Assembly (NCBI GenBank): GCA_963773065.1
Contig: CAVYZN010000008.1
Span: 192,001 to 256,000 of the forward strand
Length of the DNA stretch: 64,000 bases
DNA from: an uncultured Gammaproteobacteria bacterium
GTDB lineage: Bacteria > Pseudomonadota > Gammaproteobacteria > UBA9214
Reading direction: 5' to 3'
Under the pieces are notes generated by a model that saw nothing but the letters and a program-made list of their open reading frames with translations, was not told the origin of the DNA and did no database searches. This document shows positions 48,111 through 59,159 of the stretch, one piece after another (the first letter of the stretch is position 1; the number at the start of each line of letters is the position of its first letter). The position numbers and the translations under genes are program-made.

Positions 48111-48291
48111 GCGCAAATGTTGCCTAACCCATCGAGAAAAACCGCCGCAAGCATAGTTTGCGGCTCCCTCCAGCACTGCCCTCGGCGGTCCCTCATGCGC
48201 GGCATTGTACACTCGCACCGCGCTAATTTTCCGATACGTCATTACAGCCGATGCCGAGAACGCGTGCGGCCCACGTTTTGGAGTTTAACCA

Positions 48292-48699
48292 ATGGTAATT
48301 CTAAGAATGTCCACGCTCTTCACCCAGTCAGCAAATCAGCTGCCGAAAGAAGCAAAGGTTAAACTGACCAAAACCTTTATGCTTCTAACTAACAATCCCC
48401 GACATCCATCACTGCAACTGAAGAAAATCGAGGGCGCTATCCGAAAGAATGTTTATGAATGTCGGCTGGATCAATTCTGGCTGATTATTCTGCAAGAAGT
48501 TGGAGAAATGACCTTTGACTTAGTTTATGTTGGCGCACACGATGAAGCTATCCGTTATGGTGCGGGCGTACGTGAAGCGACTGCTCACTATAGCTCGGAC
48601 CTCCCCCTGGACCGAGTGAATTCATACTTAGCAGGAAACGAGCAAGCACTTGAGTTTGTAAAAGTAAGTCAGAGTGACTTGGAGATGTTAGGAGATTGA
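48292..48699 (+). CDS. RelE/ParE-like domain protein with a C-terminal extension
   Basis: NPRHPSLQLKKI...YECRLD...YVGAHDEA. Confidence 0.6.
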   Translation: MVILRMSTLFTQSANQLPKEAKVKLTKTFMLLTNNPRHPSLQLKKIEGAIRKNVYECRLDQFWLIILQEVGEMTFDLVYVGAHDEAIRYGAGVREATAHYSSDLPLDRVNSYLAGNEQALEFVKVSQSDLEMLGD

Positions 48700-48808
48700 A
48701 GCAATATGTACACCCTGAATTTCTTCCTGTGTTTTCATCAGGAGAGGTATTTACTGCGGTATCACGTTCTAACCGCCAAGCAGCCTATCACCCCTGCACC
48801 CGACCGCT

Positions 48809-48872
48809 AAGCCTGGCTATGACACGATGCTGAAGCTGCTGCACGCCTTGGGGGTCAAGCTCTCCGCTTCTC
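48809..48872 (+). pseudogene. C-terminal fragment of another addiction-module antidote
   Basis: KPGYDTMLKLLHALGVKLSAS. Confidence 0.55.
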
Positions 48873-48950
48873 CCCTCCATTCATGAGCCTGTCGCGCCCC
48901 CCATCGCCAGGCCCAAATTTATCTTCCAAGAGAAAGCGAAGTGAATCAAT

Positions 48951-49160
48951 ATGGGAAGCAAGGAAATACTTAAACAGGCTTTGAAACTAAAACCGGAAGA
49001 GAGGTTCACGGTCGTTGAAGGACTGCTGAAGAGTCTTGATGAACCAGACAAACAGCTTGATGAGATCTGGGCGGAAGAGGCGGAGAAAAGACTCAAGGCG
49101 TATAGAGAAGGTAGATTGGAAGGGATACCCATGGAGGAAATTTTCAAGGACGAAACATGA
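48951..49160 (+). CDS. Addiction module component (putative antitoxin); cognate toxin truncated after about 7 codons
   Basis: ALKLKPEER...LLKSLD...IWAEEAEKRL.AY..G; ATGA overlap with MKAVFL, then a TIR. Confidence 0.85.
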   Translation: MGSKEILKQALKLKPEERFTVVEGLLKSLDEPDKQLDEIWAEEAEKRLKAYREGRLEGIPMEEIFKDET

Positions 49161-49241
49161 AGGCTGTCTTCTTGAATCGCGGGGTTCAGAGTACTTGAAA
49201 GGCCAATCAAGATTTCTTTATCGCGCTATATAGATAGATTA

Positions 49242-49431
49242 CCCCATCGTTGCATAAACGCGATGAAAGAACATCCCGAATCACCGTAAATTATCGCGCA
49301 AAACACATCTTTGGAAGAGGTTTAAGGACCTCATTTTGAGAGAGGTTTAGCGACAGCATTCATTGAGGTGATTCATAGGCAATTCATAGCGATTTCTGTG
49401 ATTATGTTTTCCAGTTTATGCAACGATAGGG
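49242..49431. mobile_element. 190-bp MITE with 18-bp TIRs and a 4-bp target duplication ATTA
   Basis: atta|ccccatcgttgcataaac ... gtttatgcaacgataggg|atta. Confidence 0.8.
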
Positions 49432-49502
49432 ATTAGTGTTCTGACCCTTTGATCTCTTTGGTCGCGCGGGCAGGAAGTCTTTAAGCAACCTGCTGTCACT
49501 GT

Positions 49503-50159
49503 TCATTTTTTGTCACTACCATCCATGACCTCAGCCTCTTGCCATGGGAAAGGCTTAGTCTCAGGGTATTCGTCCCTGTAGGCTTTCAACTCATCCTGGT
49601 CTAGCGGGTACCATTCGTCGTATGGGTAACGTCTGAAGAACTCACCGATACGCTCGCGGAAATGCTCGTCCGCGATTGCGTTAAGCCGTCCTGTGCGCAG
49701 CTCTCGCAGTTCTTCAAGTTCAGCCCTGGGAACGCGCAGAGTCACCATGAAATCAACAGCCATTTTCTCAGAAAAACCGACTTTGCCATCCGGCGGGAGA
49801 TAAAACCACTTCTGATTGATGCGTGCGTGCTGGGTAATCAGGTTCTTCCAGCTCTTCGCTGAAGTCGTGTCTTTGCTCTTACGCTCTACATCTTTAAAAC
49901 TTCTGATTTCGCAAAGCGTTATGTCCCGGCTACGAATAGCATCGCAATCTTGCGTAGCCACAATCGCGGCAACAGGTCGAGCGGGAACAATCATATTCAC
50001 CGGATCACCCTTTGCGGCTATCTCTGCCCATTTTGCGACACGTTCGCCGGCTTCACTGACAATGAGGACATTGTTGAGCGAGATATCGACCCGTGGAAGC
50101 CCCACAAAAATGTCTCCCTGGCGAATGGATGAGGATGTTTCGGGAAACTCATAAATCAT
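49503..50159 (-). CDS. Hypothetical protein, possible MazF/PemK-like fold
   Basis: IRQGDIF...AIVATQDCD...FYLP...VDF...GRL. Confidence 0.65.
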   Translation of the reverse strand: MIYEFPETSSSIRQGDIFVGLPRVDISLNNVLIVSEAGERVAKWAEIAAKGDPVNMIVPARPVAAIVATQDCDAIRSRDITLCEIRSFKDVERKSKDTTSAKSWKNLITQHARINQKWFYLPPDGKVGFSEKMAVDFMVTLRVPRAELEELRELRTGRLNAIADEHFRERIGEFFRRYPYDEWYPLDQDELKAYRDEYPETKPFPWQEAEVMDGSDKK

Positions 50160-50530
50160 GGCTGTTCCCCCATTGAATTCCTCTAGCAGCCTCCAATTCG
50201 GCAGTGCGAGTCGTTCTGCTCTGCCTGCTCAAGAATCTGGCGGGCTATCCGCAACGCCTCACACCGCGAGATGAATCGACCCAAAACTCCTTGGTAGATC
50301 GATATGGTAACCACAGCATCACGCCGCCTTCTTTCCAGTAACCATGGATCGGGCATTGCTGTAATAGGTGAAACAGCAAGTGAGACAGCAAGTCCGGCGA
50401 TCTTGGCTATGCGGTAAAAGTCAAAGGCTTTCTCAGTGAGTTGTTCATGGTCTCCACGCCAGAAACCTGTTGCCGGAGCCTCTGCTGTTCGCCCTCTATC
50501 AAGGAGGTCAACGGTATACGCCCTATTCAC
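50156..50530 (-). CDS. Small hypothetical protein, translationally coupled on both sides (frameshift near 50205)
   Basis: GTG overlaps the upstream stop; repaired C-terminus ...EAARGIQWGEQP* overlaps ATG 50159. Confidence 0.65.
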
Positions 50531-51296
50531 CTGAGAACCTCCTTTCAAGATCTCCTTCTATCATCTTGAAAAACCAGTCATCCGTGATCTTGTGGGCGTC
50601 ATCGAGCCAGCCTTCAAAGGCTTTGGGGATTTCTGGCAAATCGTCTACGGCTGATTCGACAGTTGTTTCCCAAACCACGGCAGGCGTATCACTCTTCTGG
50701 CCCGTTGCAAACCGAACATTGATAAGACCTTTTGGCTTTTCACACTTGAAGGAGCACTGCCATGTGAAACCGTTTGGTTTGTTTTCAACATCGGTGTCTT
50801 TGAACAAGCTGTCCGGCAACGACATCTTCAATTTCAGCTTGTCTGCTAGAAACTCAAAGAGGTTGCCAGCCCCAACGTCAAAGGCTACCGCATCGATGTA
50901 TCGCAGGATCAGATTGGTTATCTTCAGGTCTTCGACCTTGGGATGTGCATCGTATAGCTTATTTACAGCGGACAAGACACGAGGGCGGAAGTCCGGCCAC
51001 TTGTAGTCGTCTGTCGAGTTCACGGTGAAAACACCTGGTCCAACCTGTACCAACGGCCATGAGTTCGCCGCTACGCGAAACCGGTGTTGAACAAAATTGC
51101 CTACGAATTCATCAGGCATATTCGCGGTTGGGAGTTGTTCATGTTCCGGGTAGTCCGTCAGCATCCGATCAAAGAGGCGCCCAAGCAGTAGCTTGTAATG
51201 CGGATCGGTCTGAGGGCCAGGTGCAACACCCTGCAGTTTCCATCTGACTTCCAGGATCGCTTCAACGAGCGGCTTGTTTTTCAGTTCCTTGGCCAT
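50523..51296 (-). CDS. TIGR04255 family protein
   Basis: LKNKPLVEAILEVRW...LVQVGPGVFTVN...Y.W..F...LRYID; about 260 aa; GAGG RBS. Confidence 0.85.
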   Translation of the reverse strand: MAKELKNKPLVEAILEVRWKLQGVAPGPQTDPHYKLLLGRLFDRMLTDYPEHEQLPTANMPDEFVGNFVQHRFRVAANSWPLVQVGPGVFTVNSTDDYKWPDFRPRVLSAVNKLYDAHPKVEDLKITNLILRYIDAVAFDVGAGNLFEFLADKLKLKMSLPDSLFKDTDVENKPNGFTWQCSFKCEKPKGLINVRFATGQKSDTPAVVWETTVESAVDDLPEIPKAFEGWLDDAHKITDDWFFKMIEGDLERRFSGE

Positions 51297-51454
51297 ATCT
51301 ATACCTCGTTTTTTCTGTCTTTATTCATTGGCTTCATGGATCGCCTCGGCTGGATTCTCGTAGAATCTCGCCGCCACGATCTCCCGCTTGGCATGGTTGA
51401 GCTTGGCTGCGGGATTATGGATATGCGGAGAACATCAAGGGGTCAAATCACTTG

Positions 51455-51828
<374 letters not shown>

Positions 51829-51916
51829 CTAGGGGGCAAAACACTCGAAAAATATTCTCTTTCACGTGTTCTGATAATCCTTTGATCTCCACGATCAAAC
51901 CGGCAAGAAGGTCCTT

Positions 51917-52387
51917 TCACCGTTTCCTATCCGACCACGTGCCGGTCTTGCCGTTGAAGGCGAGCACGCGGTCCGAGGTGACGACCAGGGCGGAATAGTC
52001 CTGGGCCTCGGCGCTGGTGACCGTCTCGCCCGCGATGCGGCGGATGCTCTGCCAGCCGCTGGAGAACACGCCGATGCCGGCGTAACGCTGGTTGGTCACC
52101 ACGATGGCCACGCCGTTGGCGACGAGCTGCTGCAGCACTTCTTCCTTGGCGCTGAAATTGAGATCGAAGAACTGGCCGGTCTGGACGTTGCTGGCGATGA
52201 TCCGATCATTCTCGACGACCAGATATATGGACTTCTCGACCACCTCGTCGGCCGCGGCGGCGGCCAGCCAGAGCAGCAGCAGTACGCCGGCGGCGAGCCG
52301 GCGGATAAAGGAAGCCCAGCAAGCCTCTCGGTCCGGACGATAATGACCTCTGGATTCAGCGGAACGCGTCATGGGTATTGCAATCAT
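51917..52387 (-). CDS. Secreted hypothetical protein (start uncertain)
   Basis: Signal peptide LLLLWLAAAAA; repeated VVT..R motifs; host-like codon usage. Confidence 0.65.
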   Translation of the reverse strand: MIAIPMTRSAESRGHYRPDREACWASFIRRLAAGVLLLLWLAAAAADEVVEKSIYLVVENDRIIASNVQTGQFFDLNFSAKEEVLQQLVANGVAIVVTNQRYAGIGVFSSGWQSIRRIAGETVTSAEAQDYSALVVTSDRVLAFNGKTGTWSDRKR

Positions 52388-52456
52388 GTGAGAATTCCCC
52401 GCGGCCGTCGGAGGCGCCGGGCATCCGCCGCGGCACTTGCGATAATGTCTTATTTA

Positions 52457-52591
52457 TCCCTCCTCATCCTGTCCTTCTCCCTGAGGGAGAAGGAACGCAC
52501 TGATTACATGGCATGGTAACAATAACGCAAAGCGGTTTAGTTGTTGTTCGATAAAGAATCCCTTTGCGTACTCTGCGTCTCTGCGGTGAAA
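52457..52591. repeat. CCCTCA-type palindrome followed by a lone right arm of the ACCGCAGAGACGC element
   Basis: ccctcctcatcctgtccttctccctgagggagaaggaac ... ctttgcgtactctgcgtctctgcggtgaaa. Confidence 0.7.
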
Positions 52592-52611
52592 ACGGTGTTC
52601 AGGGACGGACA

Positions 52612-53547
52612 CTACACCAGTTCGTTGCCGAAGCTTTCGCTGTAGCGGCGCCTGAAGTCGTCCGCGTCGAAGACGTGGTTCTGGGTGCCGTGATGTTCGA
52701 TCTTGATGGCGCCCATGAGCGCGGCGATGCGCCCCGTGGTCTCCCAGTCCATGGCGTGCATCAGGCCGTAGAGCAGCCCGGCGCGGTAGGCATCGCCGCA
52801 GCCGGTGGGATCGACCACGTCGTGCACTTTGGCCGCCGGCACCTCGATGCGCCGGTTCTCCGTGTAGATGCGCGAGCCCTCGCCGCCCAGGGTCACGACC
52901 AGCGCGTCCACCCGTCCCGCGATCTCGTGCGGCGACATCCCGGTGCGTTCCTGCAGCAGTTCGGATTCATAGTCGTTGACGCACACCCAGGTGGCCTGGT
53001 CGATGAAATTCACCAGTTCCTCGCCGCCGAACTGCGGCAGACCCTGGCCGGGATCGAAGATGAAGGGGATGCCGGCTTCGACGAACTGCTCGGCGTGCTC
53101 CAGCATGCCCTGGCGCCCGTCCGGGGAGACCGTGCCGATGGTGACGCCGGTCGCGGCATCGACCCGGTTGGCGTGCGAAGCGTCCATGGCGCCGGGATGG
53201 AAGGCGGTGATCTGGTTGTCGTCCATGTCCGTGGTAATGAAGGCCTGCGCCGTGTAGGTCCCCTCGATAGCGGTGACGTAGCGCAGGTCGATGCCACGAC
53301 TTTCCAACCAGAGCGCATACGGACCGAAATCGGTCCCGACCGTCGCCATCGGCAGCGGATCACCGCCCAGCAGCTTCAGATTGTAGGCGATGTTGCCCGC
53401 GCAGCCGCCGAACTCGCGGCGCAGTTCGGGTACATGAAAGGCGACATTCAGGATGTGCACCTTCTCCGGCAGGATATGATTTTTGAATTTGTCCTTGAAC
53501 ACCATGATGGTGTCGAAGGCCAGCGAACCGCAGATCAATGCCGACAT
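52612..53547 (-). CDS. PfkB carbohydrate kinase (adenosine-kinase-like)
   Basis: GSLAFD, FGGCAGNIAY, DPGQ, NDYE, DPTGCGDAYRAG. Confidence 0.9.
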   Translation of the reverse strand: MSALICGSLAFDTIMVFKDKFKNHILPEKVHILNVAFHVPELRREFGGCAGNIAYNLKLLGGDPLPMATVGTDFGPYALWLESRGIDLRYVTAIEGTYTAQAFITTDMDDNQITAFHPGAMDASHANRVDAATGVTIGTVSPDGRQGMLEHAEQFVEAGIPFIFDPGQGLPQFGGEELVNFIDQATWVCVNDYESELLQERTGMSPHEIAGRVDALVVTLGGEGSRIYTENRRIEVPAAKVHDVVDPTGCGDAYRAGLLYGLMHAMDWETTGRIAALMGAIKIEHHGTQNHVFDADDFRRRYSESFGNELV

Positions 53548-53603
53548 GGTTTTGCCCCCTTGTTTTGTATGAACATGCGCCGCGGCAGATGTCGATCGAG
53601 GTC

Positions 53604-55067
53604 TCAGTCAGGCGCTCCCGACCAGACCAAATCGAGCTGCTTGGCGGCGCGGACCTCGTCGAGCCGGCGCACCGGCCGGCTGTGCGGCGCCTCCTTCAGC
53701 CGTTCGGGTGCGGTTTCCGCCTCCTGCTGAATCTTCACCATGGCCTCGACGAAGGCATCCAGGTCTTCCTTGCTTTCCGTCTCGGTAGGCTCGATCAGCA
53801 GACACTCCGGCACCAATTGCGGGAAGTAGGTGGTCGGGGCATGGATGTTGTAATCCAGCAGGCGCTTGGCGAAATCCATGGCGGTGACGCCCTGCTCCCT
53901 CTGCTGGCGTTTCAGGGTCACGATGAATTCATGGGTGGCGCGGCGCTGCGGGAAGGCCACGTCGAAACCGGCGGCCGTGAGCCGCGCCATCAGATAATTG
54001 GCGTTCAGCGTGGCGAACTCCGCCACGCGCTGCATGCCCTCGCGGCCCAGCATTCGGGCATAGACATAGGCGCGCAGCAGTACGCCGGCGTTGCCCATGA
54101 ACGCGGACAGGCGGCCGATGCTTTGCGGGCGGACCGTTTCGTCGATCCAGTAATACTCGTCGCCGTTATAGCCGACTAAAGGCACCGGCAGGAACGGCTC
54201 CAGGCGCTTGCCGACGCCCACCGGCCCGGCGCCCGGTCCGCCGCCGCCGTGGGGGGTGGAAAAGGTCTTGTGCAGGTTCATGTGGATGACGTCGAAACCC
54301 ATGTCGCCCGGGCGCACCTTGCCGAGGATGGCGTTCAGGTTGGCGCCGTCGTAGTAGAGCAGGCCGCCGGCCTGATGCACCACGGCGGCGATCTCCTGGA
54401 TGCGCCGCTCGAAGACACCCAGCGTGGAGGGGTTGGTCAGCATGATGCCCGCCGTGTTCGGCCCGACGGATTGCCGCAGCACGGCGAGATCCACGTCACC
54501 CTGCCGGTCGGTCGGAATCTCCCGCACCGTGTAACCGCACATGGTGGCGGTCGCCGGGTTGGTGCCGTGGGCGGCATCCGGCACCAGGATTTCCCGGCGC
54601 GCGCCGTCGCCGCGCGCCTCGTGATAAGCGCGGATCATGGCCACGCCGGCGAATTCGCCCTGGGCGCCGGCGGCCGGCGTCAGCGACACCGCGGGCATGC
54701 CGGTCACCTCCTTGAGCATTTCCTGCAATTCATACAGGCAGGCGAGGAAGCCCTGTCCGCGTGATTCCGGCGCGAAGGGATGGCAGGCGAGGAAACCCGG
54801 CAGCATGGCCAGGGTGTTGCAGGCCCGCGGATTGTATTTCATGGTGCAGGAACCCAGCGGGTAAAACTGGGTGTCGATCGAGAAATTCTTCTGCGAGAGC
54901 CGCGTGTAATGCCGCACCGCCTGCAGCTCGGACACCTCGGGCAGCAGCGGACGGCCCCGGCGCAGCAGCCGCTCGGGTATGTCCGGTGTGTCCGCCGGCG
55001 CGGCGGGCGCCTGCGCCTGGGCGCGGCGGCCGCTGCGTGAATGTTCAAAGATCAGCATCTGTTGCAT
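53604..55067 (-). CDS. gcvPB: Glycine dehydrogenase subunit 2
   Basis: [37 protein letters not shown]. Confidence 0.96.
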   Translation of the reverse strand: MQQMLIFEHSRSGRRAQAQAPAAPADTPDIPERLLRRGRPLLPEVSELQAVRHYTRLSQKNFSIDTQFYPLGSCTMKYNPRACNTLAMLPGFLACHPFAPESRGQGFLACLYELQEMLKEVTGMPAVSLTPAAGAQGEFAGVAMIRAYHEARGDGARREILVPDAAHGTNPATATMCGYTVREIPTDRQGDVDLAVLRQSVGPNTAGIMLTNPSTLGVFERRIQEIAAVVHQAGGLLYYDGANLNAILGKVRPGDMGFDVIHMNLHKTFSTPHGGGGPGAGPVGVGKRLEPFLPVPLVGYNGDEYYWIDETVRPQSIGRLSAFMGNAGVLLRAYVYARMLGREGMQRVAEFATLNANYLMARLTAAGFDVAFPQRRATHEFIVTLKRQQREQGVTAMDFAKRLLDYNIHAPTTYFPQLVPECLLIEPTETESKEDLDAFVEAMVKIQQEAETAPERLKEAPHSRPVRRLDEVRAAKQLDLVWSGAPD

Positions 55068-55145
55068 CCAACCTGTCGTCCAGCGCAGGCGCGGATCCGC
55101 CCGCGAGGCATCCTCCGGCGGGCCCGCGCCTGCACACGCGCGGCA

Positions 55146-55643
55146 TCACAACGCCGCAAGCGCCGCCTCGTAATCCGGTTCGTCGGCGATCTCCGGCACG
55201 AGCTGCGTATAGACGACCTTGTCCTTCTCGTCGACGACCACGACCGCGCGCGCGGTGATGCCGGCGAGCGGCCCGTCCGTGATCAGCACGCCATAGTCCT
55301 TGGCGAAACCGCGGCTGCGCATCATCGACAGCGGGATCACGTTGTCGATTCCTTCCGCCCCGCAGAAGCGCCCCTGCGCGAACGGCAGGTCGGCGGAGAC
55401 CACCAGCACCGCCACATCCTCCCGGCCGCGGGCGAGCTCGTTGAATTTCCGGGTCGATGTCGCGCAGGTGGGCGTGTCCAGACTGGGTACGATATTGAGC
55501 AGCTTTTTCTTGCCGGCGTAGTCCGACAGGTGCACGTCATTCAGCTTGCCGTCCACCAGATGGAAATCGGGTGCGCTCGCCCCAACCGCCGGCAGCTCGC
55601 CATTGGTATGAATTTTATTGCCCTGCAAAGTCACAGTCGCCAT
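55146..55643 (-). CDS. tpx: Thiol peroxidase (atypical 2-Cys peroxiredoxin)
   Basis: [24 protein letters not shown]. Confidence 0.95.
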   Translation of the reverse strand: MATVTLQGNKIHTNGELPAVGASAPDFHLVDGKLNDVHLSDYAGKKKLLNIVPSLDTPTCATSTRKFNELARGREDVAVLVVSADLPFAQGRFCGAEGIDNVIPLSMMRSRGFAKDYGVLITDGPLAGITARAVVVVDEKDKVVYTQLVPEIADEPDYEAALAAL

Positions 55644-55687
55644 GATTCAACCCCCTTCGGGTTCGGTTGCGTTCTCGGTTGATACTT

Positions 55688-57088
55688 CTATGCCATCTTG
55701 GGTTTGACCGGACAACCGGCCGCGGTCTGCCTCTCGATGATGCGGTTCAAATGATCGGCGTACAAGTCGATGTCCGCCTCGGTCCGCGCCTCGGTGGCGC
55801 ACACCAGCAGGGCATTGCCCAGCTCCGGGTAGTCCCTCGACAGATCGTAGCCCGGCAGCAGGTTGTGCGCGTACAGCGGCCGCAGGATATCCGCGAGCGG
55901 CAGCGACAGACGCAGCGCCGACTCATGGAAGCAGGGACGGTTGAACACGGCCTCGACATGCGCGTTTGCCGTCAGCTTTTTCACCAGCGCCAGGGTATTG
56001 GCATGACAGGCCTGCGCCACGCGCGCGAGCCCGTCGGCGCCGAGCAGCGACATGTAGATGGTCGCCGCGGTCACCAGCAACCCCTGGTTGGTGCAGATAT
56101 TGGAGGTCGCCTTGGAGCGGCGGATGTGCTGTTCACGCGCCTGCAGGGTGAGGGTATAACCCACGCGCGCGTCGCGATCCAGGGTGCGGCCGACGATGCG
56201 CCCCGGCATCTGGCGCACCAGTGCCTCCTTGCAGCACATATAGCCGAAATAGGGGCCGCCCCCGGCGAGCGGCACGCCGAGCGGCTGGCCTTCCCCGCAG
56301 GCGATGTCCGCGCCCGCCTCGCCCCAGGCGCCCGGAGGCTTGAGGATGGCGAGCGCGGTCGGATTGCACACCGCGATCACCAGCGCGCCCTGGCGGTGCG
56401 CCCAGTCGGTCAATTCATCCACGTCTTCGAGGATGCCGAAGAAGTTGGGATGCTGGATCACCAGGGCCGTGATGTCCTGGCTCGTGTAGCGTGCGAGGGA
56501 TTCCGGCACGGTATGGCCGCCCTCACCGCAGTAGGGCAGTTCGATGAGCTCGATGCCCTGGTTGCGCACGATGGTGCGGGTCGTCCTGCGGTAGGTGGGG
56601 TGCACCGCCGCGGGCAGGAGGATGCGGCGTGATTTCGACTGGCGGTTGGAGCGCACGGCCATGAGCACGGCCTCGGCCAGCGCCGAGGCGCCGTCGTAGA
56701 GCGAGGCGTTGGAGACATCCATGCCGGTCAGGCCGGCCATCATGGTCTGGAATTCATAAATCAACTGCAGCGTGCCCTGGCTGGCCTCCGCCTGGTACGG
56801 GGTATAGGCGCTGTAGAATTCGCCGCGCGTGGTGATTTCCCAGACGGCCGCCGGAATGTGGTGATCGTAGGCCCCGGCTCCCAGAAAACACAGCGGGCGC
56901 CCGTCGGACTCCGCGCGCGCGGTCATCAGCCGGCTGACTTCCTGTTCGGTCATGCCGCGCGGTATTCCCGGCAATCCCCCCACCCGCAACTCGGCAGGGA
57001 TTTCATCGAACAGCTCGTCGATCTCACGCACACCGATCGCGGCCAGCATGTCGCGGATATCGGCATCGGTATGCGGTATGAAAGGCAT
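55688..57088 (-). CDS. gcvPA: Glycine dehydrogenase subunit 1
   Basis: [36 protein letters not shown]. Confidence 0.96.
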   Translation of the reverse strand: MPFIPHTDADIRDMLAAIGVREIDELFDEIPAELRVGGLPGIPRGMTEQEVSRLMTARAESDGRPLCFLGAGAYDHHIPAAVWEITTRGEFYSAYTPYQAEASQGTLQLIYEFQTMMAGLTGMDVSNASLYDGASALAEAVLMAVRSNRQSKSRRILLPAAVHPTYRRTTRTIVRNQGIELIELPYCGEGGHTVPESLARYTSQDITALVIQHPNFFGILEDVDELTDWAHRQGALVIAVCNPTALAILKPPGAWGEAGADIACGEGQPLGVPLAGGGPYFGYMCCKEALVRQMPGRIVGRTLDRDARVGYTLTLQAREQHIRRSKATSNICTNQGLLVTAATIYMSLLGADGLARVAQACHANTLALVKKLTANAHVEAVFNRPCFHESALRLSLPLADILRPLYAHNLLPGYDLSRDYPELGNALLVCATEARTEADIDLYADHLNRIIERQTAAGCPVKPKMA

Positions 57089-57120
57089 GGTACTGGATTC
57101 GCTGATTTCGGGCCGCCGGG

Positions 57121-57516
57121 CTAGTGACTCTCGGATTCAAGCAAGGACTCGTAGGTCTCTGCATCCATCAGCTCCTCCAGTTCGGCAGGATCGGAGGGCC
57201 GCAGACGGAACATCCAGCCCTCGCCATAGGCATCCTGGTTCACGATCTCGGGGCTGTCGACCAGGTTCTCGTTGATCTCCACGACCTTGCCCGCGAGCGG
57301 CGCATAGACATCGGAGGCGGCCTTCACCGATTCCACCACGGCGCAGGCCTCCGCCGCGGCCACGGCCCGCCCAACCTCGGGAACTTCGATATAGACCATG
57401 TCGCCCAGTTGTTCCTGGGCATGGTCGGAAATCCCGACGGTGACGGAACCATCGTCATTCAGGCGCGCCCACTCGTGTGTCGGGGCGTATTTGAGATCCA
57501 CAGGGATGTTGCTCAT
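57121..57516 (-). CDS. gcvH: Glycine cleavage system H protein
   Basis: [13 protein letters not shown] (lipoyl lysine). Confidence 0.96.
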   Translation of the reverse strand: MSNIPVDLKYAPTHEWARLNDDGSVTVGISDHAQEQLGDMVYIEVPEVGRAVAAAEACAVVESVKAASDVYAPLAGKVVEINENLVDSPEIVNQDAYGEGWMFRLRPSDPAELEELMDAETYESLLESESH

Positions 57517-57578
57517 GGCTGTCCTCGCTCATTAGTGGAATTATCAGTCTGTACGGCATAGTTCATATAAAAACCTTC

Positions 57579-57715
57579 TCACCGCAAAGACGCAATGATC
57601 GCAGAGAAATCATAAATTAAAAAATCACAGTAACAGTCCCTGCCTGTACAAGCGCGGTAATCGGTATTTCTTGATAGGGTTAGATCCCTTTGCGTCCTTC
57701 GCGTCTTTGCGGTGA
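57579..57715. repeat. ACCGCAGAGACGC-type inverted-repeat element
   Basis: tcaccgcaaagacgcaatgatcgcagag ... ctttgcgtccttcgcgtctttgcggtga. Confidence 0.85.
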
Positions 57716-57722
57716 TATCGAT

Positions 57723-58814
57723 CTATAACTCGATCTGGGCCTTGCCGTGGCGTACGAACGGCGGCTTGACCACGCGCGCCGGCAACAGCTTGCCGCGGAT
57801 CTCGACCCGGCAGCTAGCGCCGGTGTCCCGCGGGACGCGCGCGAAAGCGATGGCGCGCTGCAGGGTCGGCGAAAAACTGCCGCTGGTGATTTCACCCGCG
57901 CCGTCATTCTCGATAACGACCTTCTGATGATTGCGCAGCACGCCCTTGCCCTCGAGCAGCAGGCCGACCAGCTTGCTGCGGGGCGCCCTCCCGGCGTTGT
58001 TTCTCCAGTGCGGCGCGCCCGATGAAATCACGCTCCGGCGGCTCCCACGCCACGGTCCATGCCAGTGCCGACTCGAGCGGCGTCACCGCCTCGTCCATAT
58101 CCGCACCGTACAGATTCATGCCGGCTTCGAGCCGCAGCGTATCGCGTGCGCCGAGACCGGCAGGACTGACACCGGCGGCGCGCAGTTTCCGCCAGAACCC
58201 GGCTGCCTCGTCACCGGGCAGGATAATTTCAAAGCCGTCCTCGCCCGTGTAGCCGGTGCGCGCGATAAACCACTCGCCCGCGAAGGCGCCGAAGAAGGGT
58301 TTGAGCGCCGCCGCGATGGCCGCCGCCTCGCATCGAGCACGCCCAGCACCTTGTCCCTGGCGTTCGGTCCCTGGATGGCGATCATGGCCAGTTCGGGACG
58401 CTCCTTCACCGTGACGGCAAACGCCGCCGCCTGCTGCGCTAGCCAGGCCAGGTCCTTCTCCCGGGTGGCGGCGTTGACCACCATGCGGTAGTAATCGTCC
58501 CGCAGGTAATAGACGATCAGGTCGTCGATCACGCCGCCGGTCGCATTCAGCATGCAACTGTAGAGCGCCTTGCCGCCGTCCTTGAGGCGGGCGACATCGT
58601 TGGCGAGCAGGCGGCGCAGGTAGTCGCGCACCCGCTCACCGCTCAGATCCACGACGGTCATGTGCGAGACATCGAACATGCCGGCGCCGTTGCGCACCGT
58701 GTGGTGCTCCTCGATCTGGGAGCCGTAGTGGATCGGCATGTCCCAGCCGGCGAAATCGACCAGTTTACCGCCGGCGGCCAGGTGTTCTTGGTAGAGTGGT
58801 GTCCTGTTTCCCAT
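57723..58814 (-). CDS. gcvT: Aminomethyltransferase (frameshifts near 58330 and 57975)
   Basis: [42 protein letters not shown]. Confidence 0.95.
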
Positions 58815-58858
58815 TGGGCCGATCACTTTGCCGCTACGCCTGCCGATGTGGCAACAAT

Positions 58859-58895
58859 AAAAAAGGGCGACGGGGTTTTGCACCACCGTCGCCCC
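58859..58895 (-). terminator. Intrinsic terminator in the riboswitch expression platform
   Basis: Minus strand ggggcgacgg...ccgtcgccc-tttttt, overlapping the 3' strand of aptamer 2. Confidence 0.8.
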
Positions 58896-59086
58896 TCTGT
58901 CCGGTTACCTGAGAGTTTAGGCACCTGCCTGGATAGCAGGCGGGCCACGTCCCCTTCGGTGGGCCATGCTGCGGCCGCTCTCCAGAGTCAACTGTCTGCC
59001 ACAGTCCTTTTGCCTGAGCGTTTCCGGGCGTGTTGCGCCTTCGGCGGTTCCCGGTCGATCCGACCGTGAACCCTCTCCCGCAGCAG
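58894..59086 (-). promoter_or_regulatory. Tandem glycine riboswitch
   Basis: Two aptamers GGAGAG...CCGAAGG...CTCAGG upstream of gcvT. Confidence 0.92.
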
Positions 59087-59159
59087 AATCACATCGAGCG
59101 GCAAATATACTCCTGCCTGTCGGCTAGTGCCAGATTCAGCGGGAACTGTCATCGAGGGA

